Assembly: GCA_946965045.2 (NCBI GenBank)
Contig: OX337241.1
Coordinates: 2,170,001 to 2,234,000, forward strand
Direction of reading: 5' to 3'
DNA from: Epithemia pelagica
Lineage: Eukaryota > Protista > Bacillariophyta
DNA: 64,000 bases
The position numbers and the translations under genes are program-made. Each line of letters begins with the position of its first letter. Within the stretch, counting starts at the first letter, position 1. The notes below the pieces were generated by a model, which was given only the letters and a program-made list of their open reading frames with translations, searched no databases and was not told the origin of the DNA. Of this stretch, positions 11,119 through 20,045 are shown piece after piece.

Positions 11119-12480
11119 TTAACCACATGCTAGTTCAAGATCTGCTTGCTTTCTCTTCAGAACCTTCTCCAGAGCTGAGACAAAGCTTTTGTTGTCATCG
11201 TAAGAAACTGATGACTGTTCCAGATAGGGCTTGTAGTACTTGAAAATTTCTTTGTGTACAATTGTTGGGAGCTTGTAACCCACAGCAAGCCCCATCTGGC
11301 CAGAGGTTTTCTTGGCATTGGTGTCGAAGTAACCAGCATTAACTTTTGGATCCAACAGGGGGAGCATGATATCGCAGTTTCCAATGGATTGAGAGAAATT
11401 GACAAAGTCCGCTTCCTGAACAATTTTGATCCATTGAGTCACATTTCTTTGAATGTATGGTTTTGGTATTTTTGTGCTTCGATGATGAATGTATGCCAGT
11501 ACGTCAGGTGGGCGAAGTTGGTCTAGTGCAATGGCAAGTTGTTCGTGATAGCGTCCGCTTCCACTAGTGCAAATGCGAAGAGTTCGTTTGAGGCGATAGT
11601 TTGTGTCGGAACAAGATGAAAGAGAAGAGACGACTGGATACTCTTTGGGAATGAAGAAACATGATTGATGCATCGGATTCAACCAACAGGTACGAGCAAT
11701 TAAGGTTGTCTGCTCAGCGGCTGTCTTATTTTTCCAGTTTCTGTCAAAACTATGCAAAATGTGCCCAACACAGAAATCGCGGTTATTGCTGAGCAGCAGG
11801 TGATGGGGACAGGAGGAAATATGAATAATTGCATTGTAGTAAGGGCGCTTCTTTGGGTAATTTGGTTCATCTGTGAGTTGGTGAAAGAGTGTCGGGACAC
11901 CATCCACACGTAGCCTCGTGGTGTTTTGTAAATGTTGGTGGAAGTAGTTCCTCCAACCAATACTTTCGTTGTTTTGGCCTTGGTATGCTTTCTTGACCGA
12001 GAAATCAAAAAGAACAGGATTGTCCTCGGCAGGACTGCAATTGAGTAACTTCCAAGGCAGTGGGTAATGCAGCACAGTGCTTTCAAGAAGCTCATAATGC
12101 CAGTCAACACCTCCATTCTCAACAAGAATGTAGCAGGGGACAGATGCATGAGCTTGAGTTGTTCGTGAACTAGGGGAAGCGCTGCTCTTCATAGACATGA
12201 GTCCTACTTCCCTGGGTTGAGTCAAATGCATGGCCTTGTGATTTCCTTCGACAACAACGGCACTTGATAAAGAAGAGGTGGTTTCATTCTTCAAGTAGTT
12301 CTGATCTGGATTCAAAACACTGTCATACGATGAATGTATCGATTGGATTTGGATATTCACTCTTGCTTGATAAGTCGTCAACAAGCCAGAAAGGTGATGC
12401 ATGGAGATGGTCAACAGTGCTACGGTCAAGATCAAGACCGTCCTTTTCCAGTATTTCGTAGAACAAATTCTTGTTACCAT
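11119..12480 (-). CDS. Type II membrane protein, possibly glycosyltransferase-like (GT-B type C-terminus)
   Basis: 453-aa intronless ORF with an N-terminal TM anchor (KRTVLILTVALLTISM), a Ser-rich stem and a C-terminal F..SIGNCDIMLPLLDP...Y...KKTSGQMGLAVGYKLPTIVH pattern. Confidence 0.5.
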   Translation of the reverse strand: MVTRICSTKYWKRTVLILTVALLTISMHHLSGLLTTYQARVNIQIQSIHSSYDSVLNPDQNYLKNETTSSLSSAVVVEGNHKAMHLTQPREVGLMSMKSSASPSSRTTQAHASVPCYILVENGGVDWHYELLESTVLHYPLPWKLLNCSPAEDNPVLFDFSVKKAYQGQNNESIGWRNYFHQHLQNTTRLRVDGVPTLFHQLTDEPNYPKKRPYYNAIIHISSCPHHLLLSNNRDFCVGHILHSFDRNWKNKTAAEQTTLIARTCWLNPMHQSCFFIPKEYPVVSSLSSCSDTNYRLKRTLRICTSGSGRYHEQLAIALDQLRPPDVLAYIHHRSTKIPKPYIQRNVTQWIKIVQEADFVNFSQSIGNCDIMLPLLDPKVNAGYFDTNAKKTSGQMGLAVGYKLPTIVHKEIFKYYKPYLEQSSVSYDDNKSFVSALEKVLKRKQADLELACG

Positions 12481-12775
12481 GATTTGGGAATCTGTGAAGA
12501 AAATCGTAAAAAAGAAGTAGCGCTTCTGCTAGTAGCGTTCCCTGAGATGCGTCTCTTTTTGAAATTGTGAGGTTATTTTTATTTGTATTCCTATATCGGA
12601 GGGAGGATAATTTTGTGAGCACGTGAGCTCACAAAATTGTCCACAGGTTTCTAGGGGGAGTTTCCTTTTTTGTCCACTTTTTGTCGACGGGAGGACAATT
12701 TTACTTTTACTTCTTGGTGCGGGGGCAGGTGCGGGTGCGAGGGGGGACTCTAAATTTAGAAAAATTTAGCGCGGG

Positions 12776-12949
12776 TGAATAAATCCCGCCAACAGGTCGC
12801 ATATTGGCGGATACATGGTCGCATATTGGCGAATATGCATAGCCTACATATGCTGCTACGCATCTAGTTTTCTAGTCATAATTTTGATCTAGCCACTTGT
12901 TGCACGCCGTATACACCGTGTTGTAGCGTGTAGTGGCAGGATTTATACA
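12776..12949 (+). repeat. 5' LTR (174 bp)
   Basis: TGAATAAATCC...GGATTTATACA with terminal inverted repeats matching 10/11; internal tandem GGTCGCATATTGGCG x2. Confidence 0.95.
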
Positions 12950-12965
12950 GTTTATCAGACCCAAA

Positions 12966-13232
12966 TGGCAGAGCCGCAGTGGTTTAGCTGGTAAATGTTT
13001 GCTGTTGGCTCGTGGTGCCAGGGGTTCGATTCCCCTTAGACTCAGCTTTCAATTAAGACGCCCAATTTCTGGGGGCCGCCATATTTGGGGTGTATGGTAC
13101 AAGACGTTTCCCCGCTGGTTAAAAGTGCATGTTCTTCTCAAGGGTGGCCGATCAACCCCGGTCTTCGGACTGGGGTTCACCGCCTTGTACATATGCTATA
13201 TGCCAATGCACGGGGGAACTAATATTTTTTTT
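12966..13232 (+). ncRNA. Candidate tRNA-like, Pol III-type structured RNA inside the retrotransposon 5' leader
   Basis: A-box-like TGGTTTAGCTGG (12980-12991), B-box GGTTCGATTCC in a perfect T-arm AGGGG-TTCGATT-CCCCT (13020-13036), cUUCGg hairpin 13154-13177, first T>=4 run at 13225-13232. Acceptor and anticodon stems do not pair, so it is not a functional tRNA. Confidence 0.5.
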
Positions 13233-13697
13233 ATCTAACTCACCAACTATGCTAGCTAAGCTATGCATCATGTGAAATCTGCCTTTTGCCCGTACTGGCA
13301 GCGGCTGATCACCGCTTGGGAGTGTTCGCGCTAAGCTACTCGTCACGGTATGCTTGCGGCACTACTTATAGTTCACACTCGTGATGTGTGACCCATGGCA
13401 CTCTCCCACGTGACGGGGAGCACTCGCTTAAGTGAGCGATTGTTTTGGTACTCTTTTCTCCATACATGAAAATATAAATACCTCCTTTTGCACTGTGCCG
13501 ACGCACACGTCCTAAGTATTTGTTCCCTGCCGACTGCAGCGCAAACGCAAGTCGACACTACTTGTGCACCTTAATTCCAGGTAGAATCGCGAAATCTGCG
13601 ATCTGCATCACCTTTTGGCAATGCCTCCACACTTCTGTTTTTTTTTGCCTGTGTTTTGCTCTGAACCTCTCCTGCTTCTGGCTCTCTTGCTTTCCTT

Positions 13698-15224
13698 TTG
13701 CCTTCCACCATGTCTTCATCCACTGCCCCTGAAAATCCCAAGGAAGATTTCAAGGCTGCCGTTAAACGCTGTGGATACAATGATGCCACCGTGACCTACA
13801 TCATTGAGCAGGGTTTTGATGATGCTCAATCGTTCATGACTGTTGCGGTCCATCAAGTGCCGTCGATGTTGAAGATGATGGCGAAGACCCCTCCAGAGAA
13901 CGGGGCCTTTCCCTTCAGTGCTAACCTGCAGCTCCACGGCTTCCGAATGTGGCTCGAATACCGTTCGTCTCGTGGTCAGGCTCTTCAAGTCTCACTTTTC
14001 TCTGATCCGCCCCTGATCAAGAAATGGACCAAACGTACCCAGGAACTGTTTGCACTCAACAAGGAAGTTGCCTCCGATGAACTGACCCCACCGAAAGAGT
14101 TGACTTCGTTTACTCAGTGGGAGGTGTTTAACGATGCCATGCTCACGTTCCTCGCACAGCATCGCAATCCCACAACGGGTGTCCCTTTGACATACGTCCT
14201 TCGTGAAACTAAGCCTGTTGGTTCTGAAGCAAGGAATGCTGCCTACGATACTATCGATGACGATTTGATTGCTACTACTATCCTGCAAGGTGATCAGTAT
14301 GCCCTTGACAATCAACGCGTCTTCACACTGATGAAACCTTTTCTTGTTGGCGGACCTGGCCTGACGTTCATCAAGCCACACCAGAAGAAGAAGGACGGCC
14401 GTGAAGCGTATCTTGCGTTGACTCGCCAAGCTACTGGAACAGCAGCTGTCACCATCCGCAAGAAAGAAGCATACGCTGCTATTGCCGATGCAAAGTTTAC
14501 AGGCCGCGGTCGTTTCTCGTATCAACAATATGTTCACCGCCATCAGAAAGCTCATAATACGTTGGCTGAACTTGATGAACCCGTTGCCGAAACCAAAAAG
14601 GTAACCGATTTCCTCAAAGGTATATCGGATCCCTCTTTGGCGGCGGGAAAGACGGTCGTCAACGGTGACGCAGCAAAGCTTTCTGATTTTGAAGCATGCC
14701 AGCAGTATTTTGGCACGTTGATTGCTGCATCCCGTACCGACAAGACCAATGACGAGAATCGAAAGATTGCTAGTGTGGGTACGACTAAGACTAGTGGAAA
14801 GAAGAATGGTCGTAACAAGCAGAATAAAAAGAAGACACGTCATTACAGTTTGGATGAATGGCGCAAGCTCTCTGATGAAGAGAAGGCCGAAATCCTCCGT
14901 GCCCGTAAAGAACAGAAAGACAAAGAACAGAAAGACGCTAATGGAAAGCGCAAGGCTGGAGCCGTGCGAACTGAAGATGAAAATGGCTACATGAAATTGG
15001 AGACCACTAACCTGGATGGCAACGACGCGCCGAACCATTCCGAGCCTGATCCTCCTGTTGCTGATGAACCGACTGTTCCCAAAACCTCAGCCGGAAACAG
15101 TTTCGGACGCTTTGCCCATAGTAAAAAAGGATCTACAAAGCCGCACAACCCTAATGAAACCAAGGAGCCTACAACTGCCGTTGCGAAAGCTGCCCTTGCT
15201 GATAAGGCCACAAAGCAGACCTGA
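13698..15224 (+). CDS. gag: Copia Gag
   Basis: 508-aa ORF after the leader, with CoDi-like motifs (GVPLTYVLR, DNQRVFTL, KKVTDFLKGISDP, SAGNSFGRFAH); ends in TGA. Confidence 0.85.
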   Translation: MPSTMSSSTAPENPKEDFKAAVKRCGYNDATVTYIIEQGFDDAQSFMTVAVHQVPSMLKMMAKTPPENGAFPFSANLQLHGFRMWLEYRSSRGQALQVSLFSDPPLIKKWTKRTQELFALNKEVASDELTPPKELTSFTQWEVFNDAMLTFLAQHRNPTTGVPLTYVLRETKPVGSEARNAAYDTIDDDLIATTILQGDQYALDNQRVFTLMKPFLVGGPGLTFIKPHQKKKDGREAYLALTRQATGTAAVTIRKKEAYAAIADAKFTGRGRFSYQQYVHRHQKAHNTLAELDEPVAETKKVTDFLKGISDPSLAAGKTVVNGDAAKLSDFEACQQYFGTLIAASRTDKTNDENRKIASVGTTKTSGKKNGRNKQNKKKTRHYSLDEWRKLSDEEKAEILRARKEQKDKEQKDANGKRKAGAVRTEDENGYMKLETTNLDGNDAPNHSEPDPPVADEPTVPKTSAGNSFGRFAHSKKGSTKPHNPNETKEPTTAVAKAALADKATKQT

Positions 15225-18200
15225 GGCTGTGTGCCCAGTGATGAAATTGATAAAACGAATCTTATCCGTCCACATTTCTCACTTGTAGGCACCCCTACCT
15301 TCAGCTTAGCCTTTGCACACCGTTTATGTGCTGCCGTATCACAGTCCCATACCACTGATCCGATTGATCTGACATGTGAAATGGACTCGCATGCTGACAC
15401 TTGTTGTGTTGGTCGCAACTTTGTACAATTCAGGGAACCTGACCGTTACATCACTGTTTCCCCATTCTCAGAGGAATATAAACCCCTCGAGCGTATCCCC
15501 GTCACCACGACCGCCACTGTCTGGACTGATGCCCACAACAATAGTTATCTATTGCTGTTTCACGAGTCGTTATTCTTCGGGGACCGATTGTCCCAATCAT
15601 TGATTTGTCCCAATCAACTGCGTTCAAACGGCCTCATTGTCCATGATGTGCCGCGTCAGTTTGACCCTTACAGCACACACAGCATTCGTATTCCCGATGC
15701 TGACCTGACCATTCCTCTAGAAATGTCCGGTGTTATCTCTGGCTTCGCGACCACGAAGCCAACCCCGGAGGAGCTCGAGTCGCTCCCACGGATAGTCATG
15801 ACTGCTGATTCGGTGTGGCACCCTCATTCGTCCACCTTTGCTGCCGCGGAGGAGAAAGCCAATGCATCCAATGCATCTGCTGTCCGCCAAGTTGATCCGA
15901 ATTCGATTGCCGCATCATGTGTCCCGCGATTGGTTGCTGCCGTCCGATCATACGACGACACCTATGGCTATTGCATGGAACTTGAGAATGACGAGGATGA
16001 ACTATGCAACCGCTTAGTTGCTGCCGTTCGAGTGTCCCATCCACCAAGCGCCGAGGACACTGTTGACATTGATGACCTTGATCCCGACGAATACTTTCTC
16101 AAAGCCGTTAAGTCTGCTTCGTCACGACCAACAAACGCCGTAAAAGTCTTGCCATCTTCTTCTAAGACTGTACTTGATCCCCAGACCTTGTCTTCTCGAT
16201 GGAATGTCGGCCTTACTAAGGCCAAGAAGACTTTACAAGTGACAACCCAGGCTGGGGTCCGAAATGTCCTTGTCCCATCCGAACGCAAGGTCCGAAAGAA
16301 AGCTCCATGGCTCAAATTCCCGAATGTCAAGGGACGATGGTTTTGCAACGAAATGTTCTCCAAGTGCCCATCGCTTGATCTTCACACGGGTGCTTCCGTA
16401 TTTACTGATGGAAAGGGCTATGATTTTGTCTATCCCTGGAAATCAAAGAAGCAACACCCTGAAGGTCTGATGTCCCTTATCCAGAATGTCGGAATTCCTC
16501 AGACGTTAATTTCTGATGGTGCGCAAGAGCTATTTCATGGACGTTCTCGTGAGATCTGTAATGAGTACCGTATCAAACAAGAAGTGACCGTCCCATACAG
16601 TCAATGGCAGAATGCCGCAGAAGCGAGCATCCGTGAGTTGAAGAAAGGTGTTATTAGGAAGTTACGTCAAACTGGTGCACCACGACGCACATGGTCCTAT
16701 GCGCTGAAGTGGGTTGCCTCTATCCGCCAGTTAACTGCCTCTGATATCCCTGAACTTAATGGACGAACGCCATTTGAACACGTTCTTGGATCGACACCCG
16801 ACATCTCTCCCATGGCTTTGTTTGATTTCTATCAACCTGTATACTATTATACGCCGTCGCATGACTTCCCTCATGAGCGTAAATGTATTGGGCGCTGGCT
16901 TGGTCTTGCCGATGACTGTATTGATGACATGGCCTTCAACGTCTTGACAGAGAAAGGTCGAGTTATTGTCCGAAAAGATGTGTGGGCAATCCCTGACGAC
17001 GATATGAAAAATCCCACAATCTGTCAACAACTGGAAGTCTATGATGGTCTTATCAAGACTCTCCTCGTGGATACATCGCCGTCTTCCGATGAAGATGCCG
17101 CCAACGTTTCCCCTGATCCACCCGATGATTTCTTTGGAGAAGACGAAAGCGAATCTCTCTTTCCTGCTGCTCTTGACTCCGATACACCTCTCCCTGATGC
17201 TGACGACTACACTCCGGAGGAGCTAGACGAATATCTCACAGCCGAAGTCATGCTGCCGCATGGCGGGGACCAGGCCAGAGCCAAGATCATAGGCCGCTCC
17301 AAAGATGAACTTGGCCGACCAATTGGCAAACGTGATCCAAATCCAATCTTAGACACACGTTTCTATGACGTGCTGTATCCCGATGGATCGACCGAATCTC
17401 TTGCTGCCAATCTCATTGCCGAGAACCTTTACTCTCAAGTCGACACTGAGGGCAACTCCTATGCCATTGTAAAGGATATCATTGGACATCGCAAAACCAA
17501 GGACGCTGTCCTCCGAACGGATCCGGACTGGTTGAATGGCCGTAAACGCCATACAACCGTTGGTTGGGAACATGAGTGTGAACTCTCCGATGGTTCTACT
17601 GTTTGGATCCCTCTCAAAGATCTCAAAAACGATTCGCCTGTACAACTAGCCGAATATGCTGTTGCGGCGGGGCTTGCCAAAGAACCGGCCTATGCCTGGT
17701 GGGTTCCACATACGTTACGCAAACGTGGTGTGATTCTTGCGAAAGTCAAATCTCGCTATTGGAAACGTACCCACAAATATGGTATTGAACTGCCCAAAAC
17801 CGTTCAGGAAGCTCTTGAGATTGATCGTCGAACGGGGACTGATTTCTGGCGGAAAGCCATCGAAAAGGAGATGAAAAATGTTCGCATTGCCTTTGAATTC
17901 CGTGATGATGACAAAGTACCAATTGGATACAAACATATCCCATGTCATATGGTCTTTGATATCAAGTCTGATCTTCGCCGCAAAGCCCGACTGGTTGCCG
18001 GTGGGCATAAGACTGATCCACCGAAGGAATCCACGTACTCCAGTGTTGTATCCCGTGATAGCGTACGAATTGCATTCACTATCGCTGCCCTTAATGGCCT
18101 GGACGTGTTGGCCGGGGACGTACAAAATGCATACCTCAATGCACCAACAAAAGAGCGAACTTATATTACGGCGGGACTAGAATTTGGTCCTGCACTGATT

Positions 18201-19462
18201 GTTCGTGCTCTGTATGGTTTGAAGAGTTCTGCTGCTCGTTGGCGTGATCACATTGCCGCAACACTTCGTGAAATGAAGTTCAACAGTTGCTTGGCTGACC
18301 CTGATGTCTGGCTTCGACCTCAAGTCCGACCATCTGATGGGTTCCAATACTATGAGTATGTACTTGTCTACATAGACGACATACTCTGTGTCAGTCATGA
18401 TCCGCGATCGATCATGAATGATCTGGAAAAACGGTATACAATCAAACCCGAAAGTATTAAAGACCCAGACGAATACTTGGGATCTGAGATTCGACACTAT
18501 ACCATACCAGATACTGACGATCCTGAGAACAAACCCCGATGGGCCATGTCCTCCGACAAATATGTTAAACGTGCCATATCTGAAATTGAGACCGAACTGT
18601 CTAAAGTTGGCCAAAAGCTACAGACACGAGTCTCAACTCCGCTTGCCACTGGGTATCGTCCTGAGATCGACTCATCTCCTGAACTGGACCCCCGACGTGC
18701 AAATTACTATCAGGGACTAATTGGTATCCTTCGTTGGGTTGTGGAACTTGGTCGTATCGATATCATTGTTGCCGTATCACAACTGTCCCGATATCTAGCC
18801 ATGCCACGTGAAGGACACCTCGAACAAGCCTTGCACATTTTGCATACCTAAAAGCGCATGGACGTTCCACCCTAGTGTTCGACGACACAACTCCGACCTT
18901 CGACGAGGATCGTTTCTTCCAGGCAGACTGGTCTGAATACTACCCTGATGCTAGTGACCCTTTGCCGCCCAATATGCCACCACCTCGTGGACGGGCTGTT
19001 ACTACAACTTGTTTTGTTGATGCCGATCACGCTGGTTGTCTTGCTACGCGTCGCTCACAAACTGGTATTCTTATGTTCTTACAACGAGCACCTATCTTGT
19101 GGTATTCCAAACGACAGAGTACTGTTGAGACATCAACATTTGGCTCCGAATTTGTTGCAATGAAGACTGCCATCGAACAGATAGAGGGTTTCCGTTACAA
19201 GTTGAGAATGATGGGCATTCCACTTGATGGCGAAACCAATGTGTTCTGTGATAATGAATCTGTGTTCAAGAGTGCAACCATGCCTGAAGTCACTCTGAAG
19301 AAGAAACACAATGCGATTGCTTACCATCGCACACGTGAGGCACAAGCCGCCAACATCGTGCGTATCGCCTGGGAAGAAGGTGAAACCAATCTTGCGGACC
19401 TGCTGACAAAATCGTTACCAGGACCCCGATTGCGTTTTCTAGCACAACGTGTTTTGTGGTGA
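15225..19462 (+). CDS. pol: Copia Pol (protease, integrase, chromodomain-like, RT, RNase H); one frameshift near 18840
   Basis: EMDSHADTCC protease; ISDGA...QNAAEASIRELK integrase; DVQNAYL, ALYGLKSS and YIDDIL RT; FVDADHAG, STFGSEF, FCDNESV and NLADLLTK RNase H. One T is missing in ATTTTGCA, which breaks LHIFAYLK. Confidence 0.92.
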
Positions 19463-19616
19463 TTACATGATCGAATTCATTGTCCTCACACCCCTCTTTT
19501 ATTGTCCGAATAGACACCCCTCTTAATTGAAAAAAAATAGTCCTGATGGACCGGCCTCTGCTGAAACAAGTCGTGGGCGACCTAGTCAAAATGCTTCCGA
19601 TCTAGCTCGCGGGGAC

Positions 19617-19790
19617 TGAATAAATCCCGCCAACAGGTCGCATATTGGCGGATACATGGTCGCATATTGGCGAATATGCATCGCCTACATATGCTGCTAC
19701 GCATCTAGTTTTCTAGTCATAATTTTGATCTAGCCACTTGTTGCACGCCGTATACACCGTGTTGTAGCGTGTAGTGGCAGGATTTATACA
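19617..19790 (+). repeat. 3' LTR (174 bp)
   Basis: Identical to the 5' LTR except GCATCGCC vs GCATAGCC; preceded by a weak purine tract GCGGGGAC. Confidence 0.95.
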
Positions 19791-20045
19791 CGGGCGCTCG
19801 CAAAAATTGTGGCGGGGGAGAAAAAAAATGGTGAAGGGGCGCCGCCGGGCATGAAAACGGTGCGACTGGCCAGAGGAAGCCTCGGGGCATCGGACGCATG
19901 AATGGCTAAACTCAGTCGCTCTTTGATACGCATAGGAGTCGCTCAAAGCACATCAGAAAATCTTTGTGGCGATACGACAATGGTCCACAGCCCGACAAAA
20001 CCACACACACCCGTTAGTATTTCTCGTTCACGTGATTCCAGCAAC

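Larger units (their letters stand above)
12776..19790 (+). mobile_element. Full-length Ty1/Copia LTR retrotransposon (CoDi-type, Copia of diatoms)
   Basis: Two 174-bp LTRs (TG...CA) with 1 mismatch, flanking CGGG duplication, and gag then PR-INT-(chromo-like)-RT-RNaseH order. Confidence 0.96.

Noticed and set aside
12971-13043. Functional tRNA or UGA-suppressor tRNA gene
   Set aside because: Acceptor and anticodon stems do not pair and there is no UCA anticodon; kept only as a tRNA-like module.
19543-19567. Hammerhead-like CTGATGG...GAAAC in the Copia 3' UTR
   Set aside because: The core has G instead of the invariant A (CUGANGA), and no stem II/III pairing is visible.
19463-19616. SECIS element that would recode the gag UGA as selenocysteine
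   Set aside because: No AUGA/UGA quartet with a proper helix II and apical AA could be folded.
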